Source: a virus
Virus record (IMG/VR): IMGVR_UViG_3300008448_000056
Span: 6,568-70,567 of that record
DNA length: 64,000 nucleotides
Reading direction: 5' to 3' (one strand)
Part shown: positions 38,468 to 49,689 of the stretch, piece by piece
Layout: each line of letters opens with the position of its first letter
Numbering within the stretch: the stretch's first letter is position 1
Made by a program: the position numbers and the translations under genes
Notes under the pieces: model-generated
Told to the model about the DNA's origin: nothing
The model's input: only the letters and a program-made list of their open reading frames with translations
Databases searched by the model: none

Positions 38468-41400
38468 ATGGCTGAAAATACATATACAGGACAAAACGAA
38501 GACCCGAAATATCGTAAAAAAGTATATGATATTTTATCTTCAAATTTTGAAGACTTCAAATTGTCTGAATCTGATTTTTACAAAAAGTTAGATTCAGATA
38601 CTGGGTATGCTCCTAAAGTGTATAAAGTATTAAAAGATAATTTTTCTGATTTTCAAAAGCCGGAAAAAGATTTTATGTCTTTAGTCGGCCCTTCTAAAAA
38701 AAAAGGCCTTTTTGGAGAAATTACTACTTACGTTGGCCAATTGCAAAAAGAGGCTGGTGAGGCTCTTGGTGGGGTAAAGAAAGGATTGGAGACAGTAGCA
38801 GCAACTGCTGCTCATTATGAAAGAAAGGTCCCAAGGATATCTGGTCCTGTTGAAGAAAAAGTAAAGGTAGAAGTAGAGGAGAAGCTTGACCCTAATGATT
38901 TGGTGGGAAGTTTGCAGAAAACAATGCCTCCATTGTTTAAACAAACAGTTCCCACATCAGATGCTACTTATATTAGGCCAAATGCAGTAAATATATTTAA
39001 CGAGCAAGAACGTCAGCGACCAGAGGTAATAAAAGGATTAGAGAGGGAAAAGAAATTAAAAGATTTAAAGGCAGCTTTTACTAGTGATGTAAATTTATCT
39101 ACTACGCAGTTGATGCGTGCTACTGGTAGAAGTGCAAATGAAATACAGGGTGCTAGTCGGGAAGAGCTTGCTCAAATGGTTCGTGAAGGGAATCAGTCAG
39201 ATAGATTGGCCGCACAAACTGTTGCTGATGCAAGAGATATTCGTCAGGCTTTTACTGAATCTGAAAATTTAGAGCAAGCTGCTATTAAATTAGCTGCATT
39301 AAAGGACCCGCAAGTAGCTCGTCAAATAGAAATTACTGCGTCAAAACTTCCCGCACGTAATCTTGGTGAAGTAGTATCGGGAACTCGCAATGTAATGGGT
39401 GACCCTAAAAGTCTTTTTGGGGAAGCTACGCTTGGCCGGATGATTTATCAGTTGGCATCAAATCCAGTTGCAGTACAAGAGATTGAGAAGAATCCTGAAC
39501 TTAAAAAGCAATTCCGGGAAGCTATCCCCTTGCTAATTAATAAATATCCTTCTTTCGGTAAAAGCTATTTGGGTAATGTTATTTCCCAAAAGATGGAAGA
39601 TATGGGCATGAATAATGCTCTGTTGAATATAGTTACCAAAGAAGAAACAGATAAAGTCGTAGATGAATTGGTCTCTGAAGGGAAGATGAGCCCCTTGGAA
39701 ATCCAATTCTACAAAGACAATATGCGCGAAGGCGGTATTAGAAATTTTGCAAAAACAATTATCGGTGAGCAGTTGTATAAAACGCCGGGATTGATAGAGC
39801 GCACAGCCGAAAGCGCAGTTTCTGCAATCAAATCTACTGGAGCTGGGGCTGCTGAAGTAACTGGTCTACGTCCGTTGTTGGTTGGGGAAAGAGCGATGGT
39901 CGCTCGCGATGTTGCTGCTAGAGATGAGGCAGTAAACATTCGTCCTCGTGGTACTATTAACGAAATATCTGCATTTGGTGGTGATTTCCTAGGACAAGTA
40001 TTGCCTACAGGTCTTTTGGGAAAAGGTCTTACGGCGGCCAAAGTATTCCAAAACCCAGACAACGCTATTAAAGCTCTGTTCGGTCTGCAAGCTTTTGGTA
40101 ATTATATGCCTCAAGCGCGTGCTATGTTCCCCGGAGAAGGGTTAAAGCAAAGAGCTTATGCTGGTATTTTAGCAGGTTTAGAGCTTGCCACAGAGAATAT
40201 ATTTAGAGATAAAAAGGTAATAGACGGTTTATTAGGGAAAGTAAAGCCTGAAATTGCATCCGTAATTAATAAGTTTACTGCTAAAGAGATATCTGCTGCT
40301 ACTGCTCGGGAAGCCGTGGAAGGAACTATTGCAAAAGCAATACGGTCAGTTCCCCAATTCACAAAATACTTCGCTAAAGGCGTAGGCGAAAACACATTTG
40401 AAGAGACGGTAACACAATTAGGCCAGCAACTTACTGATGGAGTATTCACTGGTAAGAAGTTTAATGATTGGGTAAATGGGGAAGAGCTGCTTGAAACAGC
40501 ACGCACATCTGCTCTAGGAAGTACATTTATTGCAGGTTTGTCAGCTCGCGCTGATATGCTTGCTTCAAAGGGTATGACCGCTAAGATGGTGTATGATATG
40601 GCAGAAAAGCCTGAGTACTGGATTGAGAAGATTAGAGAGAATGCAGAAACCGACCCAGATTTGCAAGCTGATGCGGAAGATAAAATAGCAAACTTAGAAT
40701 ATGCTACCAAAGTCCGTCAAGACCTAGAAAAAACTAATCTGACCGAAAAGCAAAAGATTAAGTTTTTAATTAATGCACTGGATGCTCATGTGAAAGGGAA
40801 GACTTCCCAATCAATCACAGACCCTGTATTAAAGAAACGAGCAGAACAAGAAGCTAAAGTAGTAGAACAACAACAAGAGGCTATATTGAATGGTGATGAC
40901 CAAGGGGAAATAGAGGGAGACCTATCTGATGAAGTTGTAGAACCTGCCGGGGAAGTCGCACCAGAAGTTCCCGCAGCACCAAAAGAAATAACAGAGCAAG
41001 AGTATAGTGATTTTATTGACAAGGGAATTGTTATCCCTGAAAGATTAAATGACATAGCTCAAAAAGTAAAGAATCAAGAAAAGTTATCTGAAAGGGAACA
41101 AGAGATATTTACTGATAAGACGGCTGATATTAATAAAATTATCGCCGAAGAAGTCAAGCCAGAAGTTCCCCAAACAGTAAAACAACTAAGAGCAGCAGAA
41201 CAAGCAGAATATGCTGCTATGGCTGACCCTAACGACGAAATAAAAAGACAAGAAATTTACGATAAGTACGATAAGCTGATTACTCCGTTATTGGAGAAAG
41301 AAAAAGAAGTCCCAGCAGCACCAACAGAAGGGGTAGGGGCAAAACCACAGGTTAGGTCAAATACTGATGGTGGGAAGTATGTTAAATATAACCCAGATGA

Positions 41401-44400
41401 CGTATTGCCTCTTCTTAAAGATTTTGAGCCAACAAATACTTTAGAGGTAGAAAATTATGTAACTCAGGTTGTGCCAAGTGATGCTTCGGTAGAAGCATAC
41501 AAAATGGTTCCTGTAGATAACATAAAGCCATCAGAAAAATTAAGCGAAAAAGATAGGGCTGAAATAGATAGAATAAAAGATGCTATTAAAAATAATGAGG
41601 ACATACCACCTGTTGTTTTGGAATTCGCTCCAGTAATTGATAATAACTCAGAATATAAATTTGGTTTAGCGGATGGCCACCACAGATACATAGCTTACAA
41701 AGAATTGGGATATAATGAAATACCTTCTGCTATTATAACGTCTAGAGAGGATTATACTTTTAATACTAATGATAAGGATGTATCTACTTTATTCAAAAAA
41801 GTAGTTCCATCAGGGGTTACGCCACAAGCCCCCGCACAGGCTCCAGTTCCCTCCATCATAGAAGTAAAATCTCCAAAAGAAGTAAAACAAGGAGATACTG
41901 TAGTATGGAGAGGGGAAGAGTTTGTAGTTGATGCAGTAAACAATAAGGGTGGGTTTAATCTTCGCAATAAGAAAGAACCCACTTGGACTGTAACAGACGC
42001 AAGAATAACCGATGAAGAGTTCCAAGGTAAGCGTGGGGAAGCTGTACCAGAAGCCAAATTGGAGGTAGAGACAGCTCCAGAAATTCCAGCAGCGGCTCCA
42101 GTTCCCTCAGTTCAAACTGAACAAGTTGGTTATACTTCAAAAAATCTTCCCAAACCAATTGGCAATTTTGAAGTAGTAGAAGTTATTCCTTATACTGAAG
42201 TTGATAAAAATAAATTTAAACCAGAACAGCAATTAAAATTTAATCAAGGTGATTATTATGAACCAGTAAGAATCGTGGGGGATTCTGATTTAATTGAACT
42301 TATACAAATGGGTTCACGACTTATAAATAATCTTAAAGCTGGTTATGAAAAAAAACCTATAAATAAATACAGGAAAGAAAAACTTGAAAAACAATTCGGT
42401 ATTACTTCTTATGAGGCGTACAATAAAGCCCGACAATTAGCAAAAGACAACAGGGGTAATATTGAGAATATAATTATTATAGGTGAGCCTGTATCTGAAA
42501 TTAAATCAGAAGTTCCCGCAAAAACAACATCTGACGTAGTAGCTGATGATTTGCTTAATTTCTTAGGCATAAAGCCAGAAGGAGGTGAAGTTAAATTTAG
42601 CAAAAGAACAGGCCAGCCTGAAGTAATTAAGCCAGTTGATGAGAAAGAAAAGGAAGTAATTGACCAAATGAATGCTATGGAATTGGTCAATGAAGGCGTT
42701 GAATTGGGTGCTCCATCAACTACAAATGAAAAGATTGACGTTGACGAGTTAAACTCTCGTCTTGATACACCTTTGGCGAAAGTAAATTGGGATGATTATG
42801 AGGGAATTCCTTTTGCTTTTACCATATCTGACCAACTTCGTTCTGGGGATGTAACAAATCCTGCAACTGGGGAAGTTATTGGAGACCTTAAAGGAGGTAT
42901 CGGATTTAACGGTACTTCGGGAAATGAAGGTAATTCTTGGGCCAACACAAGTAAGGATGAGGCTGAAGCTTTATTGAGTAAAGCATTAGACGTTTACAAC
43001 GCAAATAAGCCATTGTTTGAAAAGCTTTGGGCTGAAGGTAAGCTTCCTGATGGGCATACCCCCGTAGCTGTTGTTAAAATGGCTGAAAGCTCAATACTTT
43101 CAAACGAAGCCGTATTCCGTGTTGGAATCCAAAATATAAAAACACTTCCCGAGCGTAATAGACAAAAGGCTGTAACAGTATTAACAAAAACACTAAAGCA
43201 AAAAGCTGCCCAAATTAGTAAGGATATTAAAAGGGGAGCTGATGCTAAAACTGGTGCGCCTTATAGTGAGAATACATTAAAAGCCAAAAAGAAATTATTG
43301 GCTCAATATAACAGAATATTAGATGTCGTAAACAAGTACGGGTATAAGGATATTGTAGAGGTTTTAGAAGATAGTAAACACTTCTCACTTCCCGAAAAAG
43401 CTATTATTACCGGGGAAGTATTCTATGGTGCTCCTACCCCAATAGGAACTAAGCCTATCGATATTAATAGAAGCCGCCCAAGTACTCCTGTATCTGTTGC
43501 ATTGATAGGAAATAAAAATCCTGAATTAATTAATATCGGTCGGATAACTGATTTGTTGACTGAACCTTCAATGAAGAATGTGCCCAATATGCACGTTGTA
43601 TCAATTGTAGGTGTAGATGTCAAAAACCCACAGACCACTGAAACAAATCATCCCAATTATAAATTTGGTGTTAAAGGACAATCTATCGGAGTTTTAGAGA
43701 ATCCTGTTCACATGAAGGATGCTTTTGGGGAAGCTTATGGTAGTGCCATTTCCCAAGTCACCAAAAATGAAGCTAGCAATGCGTCTATAAACGCAAAACA
43801 AGCTATGACACAGGGTATCCCTGTACAAGCTGGACTTCCTAATAGGGTCTTAAAAGGTGCTGTTGCAAAGAAAAATTTGGACGCAATAGATAAGTTAACA
43901 GGATTTTTGCGTCAAGCTTTCCCGTCTACTACATTCTTTTCTTCTCAAGAAGCTTGGGATGCAGCTATGGCTGACCCTTCAATAAAGAAAAAATTGAAAC
44001 AAGGGGAAGTAGTATATGCATTTACCACTGATGGAAACGTATTTATAAATCCAAATCTTAAAACAACAAAAGCTGCTCTTCACGAAACTGGACATATTTG
44101 GATGGAATTTGTAAGGGATTCAAATCCTGAAATTTATAAAAAGGGTCTTAGTTTAGTAGAAGGAACAAAAGAATTAGAAAAAGCCAAAGAACAATATGGT
44201 GATACTGAATTGGCTAGGGAAGAGGCACTTATGGAATTGATGTCATCGAAAGGAGACACGATTGTCAATGCTTCCCAAAAAGCTAAATTTAAAGAATGGT
44301 TATTATCCCTTTATAAATACATATCTGAAAGCTTTACATCTCTTTTAGGTTTGTCTCCAAAAGAAGTTGAAAATCTAACATTGGATAAGTTTATTGAAGG

Positions 44401-47400
44401 GATGTTGGCTGATATCTTATCTGGACGAGAGGTAACTTCAAAAAAAGTAAAAACTCAATTAAAACTTTCTGCTGAATCAAAATATGAAACAATTAAGAGA
44501 TTTATTGATTTGCAACGTCAAAAAGGATTTAGCGATGAAGATATCAGAGCTGGTATAAAAAAGGTTGCTAAATCTATATTTCTTAGTGAATCTGATGTAG
44601 ACAATTTAATGGCCGGGGAAATCCCCATAAAAACAAAAGAAGATGCCGTTCAAGAGCAAGCAGCAGGTAAAGTTCCTGTACAGCCAGAAGCCGGAGTTAG
44701 CAAAGAAGTGGAGGGAGGAGTTCCCGGAGCAAAACCTAAAGCAGCTCCCGAAGAAGGTAAAGCTGAAGGTGAAGAAGAAAAAGTAAGGGTATCTGGTATC
44801 AAGAAGGGCTTGGTTTCCCAAGAGGTATTATCAAGAGTAAATCTTAATACAGTTGGAGATAAAGAGCTTTTAGAGTCGGGAAGAGCTATCATTGAAAGTG
44901 GGGAAGTGAAGCCAAAGACTGTTGTCAATCGTGTAATTGATGGTGGTCAGGGTGTTCTTACCCCTGCTGAGGTAGTCGCTATGATTACTTATAAGGCTGA
45001 TTTAGACACTAAACAAGAAGATTTTTCTAAAGAAATTGAAAGAAGAACAAAGGCTGGGGAAGACTTAGGTGACCTTTTGGTTGAATACAAGGACTTGCAG
45101 GTCGAAATAGACAACTACGACATTGCAGCTGTTATCACAGCTCAGCAACAATCTTTGGCATTCCGTCTTCGCAGATATCTTCTTGACAGAGAGTATAACA
45201 TTAGTGTACAAATTAATCGTTACAAGCAAACAAACGGCGGAACAATCCCTGAATCTGTACTCGCTAAGTTTAATAAGCTTAATGAAACGATAAAGGATTT
45301 GCGTAAGAAGATTAAGGAGGCTGAAGCTGTTAAGTACGAAGAAGATTCTAAGGCTGCTATGCAAAACATCATTGAAGATGTAGAGCGTGAGAATCAGGCT
45401 AACGGTCCTAAATTATATACAGAGCAAGAGCTTGAGGATAAAGTTAAAGAAGGAGTTCAGAAGGAAATTGATGGTATCTACGCAAAGATGCCAGCTGAAA
45501 AGAAAAGCAAAGCTCAACGAGTTGTAGATGCTCTCGATAATATTCAACGTAAACTTCGTAGTAAAACATATGATGCTAGCTTAGGAGTTCCCGTAGCTTT
45601 CATTGATGCGGGAATTACTGCAATCAAGAATGCTATCAAGCTTGGTATAGAAGTAGAAAAGGCTATTGAGATTGGAATTAAAACAATCAAGGATAAGCTC
45701 AATGGTGCTAAGTGGGATAAGGAGGCTGACTTCCGTAAGGATATGATGGAAGGTTTTAAAGAGGAAGGAGTTGATGTTAAAAAAACAAAAGAAGTAAAGG
45801 CTAAGATTAATGATGATGGTACAATAACAATTCCAAACAAAGACATCCGTGATTTTGTATCTCAGGGGATTGAAGATATTGATGATTTGGCTGATGCTAT
45901 ATTAAATAAGTATCAAGCAGAACTTCCCGGCATATCATCAAGACAAGTAAGAGATGCCATCACCAAGTATGGTAAAGAAGTATCACAAACAAGAGATGAT
46001 ATTTCAATAAAGCTTGGAAGAGCGAAGAGAGTCGGAAGATTGCTTTCAGAACTTGAGGATTTAAGAACTATGGATAAGGGTGCTTTCTTGTTGAAGTACC
46101 AAAGAGTTAAGCCAGCCCAAGACAAGATATCTGAAAGAGAGAAGAATCTCAAATATCTCATTCGTCAATTGGGGCGGGAAATTATGGGTGATGAGCCACT
46201 TCCCGACAACTATGACGAACAAAAAGCCCTTGATACAGCAAAGAATAGGGTTGGCCGTAGAATCGAAGAACTTAGAGACAAAGTAAGAAGAGGTGATTTC
46301 TCTAAAAAGCAAAAACGCAGAGTTCAGGCTGACCAAGAACTATTGGACCTTCAGACTCAACTTGAAAATGCTAAATCTCAATTCGACTTGGAGCATGAAA
46401 AGAATGAGCAAAAGAATAAGAAGTGGTATCAGAAAGCTGGCGATTTTGTATTAGAGCTGTTTAGCGGAATACCAAGAACACTGGTTACTGGTTTTGACCT
46501 TGGTATCGTGTTTACTCAGGGTATACGAAAAGTATTTACCAATCCTCGGATGTCTGCGAAGGCATTTGTAGAGGCTGGTAAGCAGTTCTTCTCAGAATCT
46601 AGACAAAGAAGAATGGAGCAAGAGCTTAAATTGTCTGGTTCTTACGCATTGATTAAGAATTCGGGTCTTGCAATATCGGAGGGGGCTGAAAAAGCATCTG
46701 CCCAAGAACAGATATTTATTGTCAATTATGTAAACTTAATTTGGGATACATTCTCAAGAGTTATAACATTGAATTACAAGCCGGGAACTGATTTCGTAAA
46801 GGCATTAAATCCTTTCAAGGCTTCCCAAAGATTCTTTGATGGCTACTTAAATTACATAAGAATAAATTCATTCCTTGACTTGTCGAATGCTATCGACAAA
46901 GGCGGATATATGCCTGAAACTCATCCTGAAATTTACAAAGCTGCTGCTGAATTTGTAAATACTACTACTGGTAAAGGAGCAAAGAATATTCCAAAATCTC
47001 TTGGTTTCTTAATGTTCTCTGCATCCAAAGTTGCATCTGAATTAAAACTATATACACCTTATGCATTTTATTATTACGCTAAAATGCCTAAAGCTGTAAG
47101 GAAAAGAGCTATGTTGGAGTTTGGAACATTCGCTTTGAGTTTTGGTACAACTATGTTCTTAATGAGAGCTGCACTTGGCCAAGGTCAAGGCGGTGAAGAT
47201 GATGATGAATTTTGGGATATCAATAGCAGTAATTTCTTGACATTTAAGTTTGGGAATCAGCGGGTATCATTTGCGGCTGGTGCTCGTCCAACACTTGTGT
47301 TTATGGGTCGATTGTTTAGTGGTGTGTATGTCGACCAGTATGGTCAAGAATCAAAATTGGGTGAAAGAACGGGTAAGCAAATTAATACTAGGTTCGACCT

Positions 47401-48001
47401 TATTGTTAGGTTCTTTACTGCTAAAGCGGCTCCAGTTCCCGCAGCTGTCATACAATACCTAGACAAGAAAGCTGGCGTAGAGGTAGAAGATAATGTCTTC
47501 CAAAATCTAGTCCTTCCCATGTGGCTTCAGGACTCACAAGAATTGTACGCTCAGAATCCAAAAGAAATAGGGGCCCTTTATACCCTTCTTTCACTTATTG
47601 GGGCAAACATAAGAACCGTAGAGGAGTATACTCAGAAAGAACATAAGGTCCCTAAAAAGATAATATACAAGGAACAAATATTACCGTCGGGAACTAGAGA
47701 GCGGGAAGTGACTTTAACTGATGAGCAAAGAGCTGAATTCCAAAAAATATTTGACCAAAAATTTAAAGAGAATATTGACAATATACATAAGTCTGAAGCA
47801 TACAAAAAGTTGAAAGGTAAAAATGATAGAATGCTTTTTGATGTAACATTTGGCAAGAAGGCTAAGGATGATGCTGAGACTGATGCTATAAATTTATTGG
47901 AAAGAATATATACAAGTGAATTCAAGAAGTTCCCAATAATAAGAGAAACCCCAGAAGAGAAAGAAATAAATAGAATTCTGAACATAGGGGAAAAGCGGTA
48001 A
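38468..48001 (+). CDS. giant polyvalent ejected protein (ParB/Srx-like and zincin metallopeptidase domains)
   Basis: IPPVVL...LADGHHRYIAYKELG; VFINP...ALHETGHIW...REEAL; long coiled coils; hydrophobic helices near both ends. Confidence 0.75.
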   Translation: MAENTYTGQNEDPKYRKKVYDILSSNFEDFKLSESDFYKKLDSDTGYAPKVYKVLKDNFSDFQKPEKDFMSLVGPSKKKGLFGEITTYVGQLQKEAGEALGGVKKGLETVAATAAHYERKVPRISGPVEEKVKVEVEEKLDPNDLVGSLQKTMPPLFKQTVPTSDATYIRPNAVNIFNEQERQRPEVIKGLEREKKLKDLKAAFTSDVNLSTTQLMRATGRSANEIQGASREELAQMVREGNQSDRLAAQTVADARDIRQAFTESENLEQAAIKLAALKDPQVARQIEITASKLPARNLGEVVSGTRNVMGDPKSLFGEATLGRMIYQLASNPVAVQEIEKNPELKKQFREAIPLLINKYPSFGKSYLGNVISQKMEDMGMNNALLNIVTKEETDKVVDELVSEGKMSPLEIQFYKDNMREGGIRNFAKTIIGEQLYKTPGLIERTAESAVSAIKSTGAGAAEVTGLRPLLVGERAMVARDVAARDEAVNIRPRGTINEISAFGGDFLGQVLPTGLLGKGLTAAKVFQNPDNAIKALFGLQAFGNYMPQARAMFPGEGLKQRAYAGILAGLELATENIFRDKKVIDGLLGKVKPEIASVINKFTAKEISAATAREAVEGTIAKAIRSVPQFTKYFAKGVGENTFEETVTQLGQQLTDGVFTGKKFNDWVNGEELLETARTSALGSTFIAGLSARADMLASKGMTAKMVYDMAEKPEYWIEKIRENAETDPDLQADAEDKIANLEYATKVRQDLEKTNLTEKQKIKFLINALDAHVKGKTSQSITDPVLKKRAEQEAKVVEQQQEAILNGDDQGEIEGDLSDEVVEPAGEVAPEVPAAPKEITEQEYSDFIDKGIVIPERLNDIAQKVKNQEKLSEREQEIFTDKTADINKIIAEEVKPEVPQTVKQLRAAEQAEYAAMADPNDEIKRQEIYDKYDKLITPLLEKEKEVPAAPTEGVGAKPQVRSNTDGGKYVKYNPDDVLPLLKDFEPTNTLEVENYVTQVVPSDASVEAYKMVPVDNIKPSEKLSEKDRAEIDRIKDAIKNNEDIPPVVLEFAPVIDNNSEYKFGLADGHHRYIAYKELGYNEIPSAIITSREDYTFNTNDKDVSTLFKKVVPSGVTPQAPAQAPVPSIIEVKSPKEVKQGDTVVWRGEEFVVDAVNNKGGFNLRNKKEPTWTVTDARITDEEFQGKRGEAVPEAKLEVETAPEIPAAAPVPSVQTEQVGYTSKNLPKPIGNFEVVEVIPYTEVDKNKFKPEQQLKFNQGDYYEPVRIVGDSDLIELIQMGSRLINNLKAGYEKKPINKYRKEKLEKQFGITSYEAYNKARQLAKDNRGNIENIIIIGEPVSEIKSEVPAKTTSDVVADDLLNFLGIKPEGGEVKFSKRTGQPEVIKPVDEKEKEVIDQMNAMELVNEGVELGAPSTTNEKIDVDELNSRLDTPLAKVNWDDYEGIPFAFTISDQLRSGDVTNPATGEVIGDLKGGIGFNGTSGNEGNSWANTSKDEAEALLSKALDVYNANKPLFEKLWAEGKLPDGHTPVAVVKMAESSILSNEAVFRVGIQNIKTLPERNRQKAVTVLTKTLKQKAAQISKDIKRGADAKTGAPYSENTLKAKKKLLAQYNRILDVVNKYGYKDIVEVLEDSKHFSLPEKAIITGEVFYGAPTPIGTKPIDINRSRPSTPVSVALIGNKNPELINIGRITDLLTEPSMKNVPNMHVVSIVGVDVKNPQTTETNHPNYKFGVKGQSIGVLENPVHMKDAFGEAYGSAISQVTKNEASNASINAKQAMTQGIPVQAGLPNRVLKGAVAKKNLDAIDKLTGFLRQAFPSTTFFSSQEAWDAAMADPSIKKKLKQGEVVYAFTTDGNVFINPNLKTTKAALHETGHIWMEFVRDSNPEIYKKGLSLVEGTKELEKAKEQYGDTELAREEALMELMSSKGDTIVNASQKAKFKEWLLSLYKYISESFTSLLGLSPKEVENLTLDKFIEGMLADILSGREVTSKKVKTQLKLSAESKYETIKRFIDLQRQKGFSDEDIRAGIKKVAKSIFLSESDVDNLMAGEIPIKTKEDAVQEQAAGKVPVQPEAGVSKEVEGGVPGAKPKAAPEEGKAEGEEEKVRVSGIKKGLVSQEVLSRVNLNTVGDKELLESGRAIIESGEVKPKTVVNRVIDGGQGVLTPAEVVAMITYKADLDTKQEDFSKEIERRTKAGEDLGDLLVEYKDLQVEIDNYDIAAVITAQQQSLAFRLRRYLLDREYNISVQINRYKQTNGGTIPESVLAKFNKLNETIKDLRKKIKEAEAVKYEEDSKAAMQNIIEDVERENQANGPKLYTEQELEDKVKEGVQKEIDGIYAKMPAEKKSKAQRVVDALDNIQRKLRSKTYDASLGVPVAFIDAGITAIKNAIKLGIEVEKAIEIGIKTIKDKLNGAKWDKEADFRKDMMEGFKEEGVDVKKTKEVKAKINDDGTITIPNKDIRDFVSQGIEDIDDLADAILNKYQAELPGISSRQVRDAITKYGKEVSQTRDDISIKLGRAKRVGRLLSELEDLRTMDKGAFLLKYQRVKPAQDKISEREKNLKYLIRQLGREIMGDEPLPDNYDEQKALDTAKNRVGRRIEELRDKVRRGDFSKKQKRRVQADQELLDLQTQLENAKSQFDLEHEKNEQKNKKWYQKAGDFVLELFSGIPRTLVTGFDLGIVFTQGIRKVFTNPRMSAKAFVEAGKQFFSESRQRRMEQELKLSGSYALIKNSGLAISEGAEKASAQEQIFIVNYVNLIWDTFSRVITLNYKPGTDFVKALNPFKASQRFFDGYLNYIRINSFLDLSNAIDKGGYMPETHPEIYKAAAEFVNTTTGKGAKNIPKSLGFLMFSASKVASELKLYTPYAFYYYAKMPKAVRKRAMLEFGTFALSFGTTMFLMRAALGQGQGGEDDDEFWDINSSNFLTFKFGNQRVSFAAGARPTLVFMGRLFSGVYVDQYGQESKLGERTGKQINTRFDLIVRFFTAKAAPVPAAVIQYLDKKAGVEVEDNVFQNLVLPMWLQDSQELYAQNPKEIGALYTLLSLIGANIRTVEEYTQKEHKVPKKIIYKEQILPSGTREREVTLTDEQRAEFQKIFDQKFKENIDNIHKSEAYKKLKGKNDRMLFDVTFGKKAKDDAETDAINLLERIYTSEFKKFPIIRETPEEKEINRILNIGEKR

Positions 48002-48050
48002 TAAAATGAACGTAAAAAACCTTAATTTTGATACATAAAATATAGGTAAA

Positions 48051-48578
48051 ATGCCATTAGTTCCCAATTTTACAACAAGCCAAACAGCGGGAAGTCCCTC
48101 TGTCATAAATATAGAGGATACGTCCACGGGAAGTGACGTGGCTATTACCCAACGTCGGGTTTATTTGGTTGACTGGCAGGGAAATTATGTCGTTCCCTCT
48201 GGAACTACAACTAACTACGTTCAATGGAGTATCCTAAACTCAACAATTGCAATTGATTGCCTTACCCAAGATACCGCTCTTGAGGTGACAGTTGAATGGT
48301 TGGACACAAACGATGTTGTTTTGTATGACAAAACTGAATTAGTAGGATTTACTCTTTATAACGAGACCTTCTACTATTCCCTGACACAAGCCCAAGCTGC
48401 TGCATCAACTCCAACAACCATCCTTCAAGACACTACGTTCTTGCAGAATAAATCTAATCTTCGTTTGTTTATTGATAGCGGGAATCAGGCGGTCACACTC
48501 GGGTATGATATCGTATCTGCTCAGCAATGTTACAACTTGGCCACAAATCTTAATACTAATCAAGACCTATACTACTAA
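48051..48578 (+). CDS. putative tail hub/structural protein
   Basis: PKD-like start (PNFT...IEDTSTG); promoter TAATTTTG 48023-48030. Confidence 0.5.
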   Translation: MPLVPNFTTSQTAGSPSVINIEDTSTGSDVAITQRRVYLVDWQGNYVVPSGTTTNYVQWSILNSTIAIDCLTQDTALEVTVEWLDTNDVVLYDKTELVGFTLYNETFYYSLTQAQAAASTPTTILQDTTFLQNKSNLRLFIDSGNQAVTLGYDIVSAQQCYNLATNLNTNQDLYY

Positions 48579-48583
48579 GCCAA

Positions 48584-49156
48584 ATGGAGTTGTATTACAC
48601 AAATAAAGATTTGGTTTCTCTGGAAGGTGAAATTTGGAAGGATGTTCCAAATTACGAATCCTTATATCAGGTTAGTAATCTTGGGAGAGTAAAATCATTG
48701 ATAAAAGGTGAATTGATATTGAACCAAATTTTTAATATAGACAAATATTTGTGTGTCAATTTGTATAAAAAAGGTAAAGTAAAGATGATGAAAGTCCATA
48801 GATTAATTGGATTTGCATTTTTAAATAATGAATTAAATAAACCTACTATTAACCATATTGATGGTAACAAACAAAATAATATTTTGTCTAATTTAGAATG
48901 GTCATCTATAAAAGAAAATAATATACACGCATGGGAGATGGGCTTAAAAAAGCCATCTGAGTATCAGAAAAAAAGAGTTATTGAGTGCAATAGTGGTGAA
49001 AATAGCAAAAAAGCTAAATTAATTTTGAATACAGAAACAGGCATTTATTATTATACTATAAGAGAAGCGGCTTCTTCAATAAATATGAAGAGGCAAACTC
49101 TTAATGCAATGTTGGTTGGGAAAAACAGAAATAGAACTAATTTTGTTTACGCATAA
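48584..49156 (+). CDS. NUMOD4-HNH homing endonuclease
   Basis: EIWKDVPNYESLYQVSNLGRVKS; VHRLI...INHIDGNKQNN..SNLEW...EN..HA. Confidence 0.92.
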   Translation: MELYYTNKDLVSLEGEIWKDVPNYESLYQVSNLGRVKSLIKGELILNQIFNIDKYLCVNLYKKGKVKMMKVHRLIGFAFLNNELNKPTINHIDGNKQNNILSNLEWSSIKENNIHAWEMGLKKPSEYQKKRVIECNSGENSKKAKLILNTETGIYYYTIREAASSINMKRQTLNAMLVGKNRNRTNFVYA

Positions 49157-49167
49157 AATCTATAAAA

Positions 49168-49689
49168 TTGCCACTGACAGTCGCTCAAATAATTGACATT
49201 GGGAAAATATCTCAATACCTAGCTCAAGTTGATGTTAACAAGGGAAGTCTTTTTTCTCCCCGTGTAGCTCCTCTTACGCCACAGATTCTTTACTTGGAGC
49301 GTAAGGCGGTAGAATGGATGTACAATCTTGACCCTGCTGACACTTCCCTCTTCCAAACATCACAATATCTATATAGCCTTTGTAGGGGATATAATCTACA
49401 AGCTCAACAAATTTCGGGAACTGCTGGGGCTATTTCCCCTGTTATACCATCACAGATTCCCAACCCTTATGATTTTGAAGTAACCGGAAGTTCTCTAATG
49501 GTAAACGGACAGTCTACCATAACATTAAGTGCTTTCATAGGATTCAATGTTCTTTTTGTTCGCAACGGAATCCCACAGTCAACAATTAATACAGGAGGTA
49601 GCTATTATTCTTGGGTAAAAGCTACAGGATTATTTACCATTTCCCCAGCAGCCTCATTGGGCGAACAATTCCAAATCTATCCAGTATGA
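49168..49689 (+). CDS. putative tail structural protein
   Basis: TTG start, 173 aa, C-terminal VRNGIPQ beta domain. Confidence 0.55.
   Translation: MPLTVAQIIDIGKISQYLAQVDVNKGSLFSPRVAPLTPQILYLERKAVEWMYNLDPADTSLFQTSQYLYSLCRGYNLQAQQISGTAGAISPVIPSQIPNPYDFEVTGSSLMVNGQSTITLSAFIGFNVLFVRNGIPQSTINTGGSYYSWVKATGLFTISPAASLGEQFQIYPV

Noticed and set aside
47715-47745. CTGATGAGC...GCTGAA inside the giant gene
   Set aside because: No GAAA core or flanking stems; explained by coding sequence
19185-47985. Many minus-strand ORFs of 60-200 aa opposite structural genes (e.g. 25946..26551, 26675..27286)
   Set aside because: Antisense shadows of biased codon usage, with no leaders or recognisable motifs
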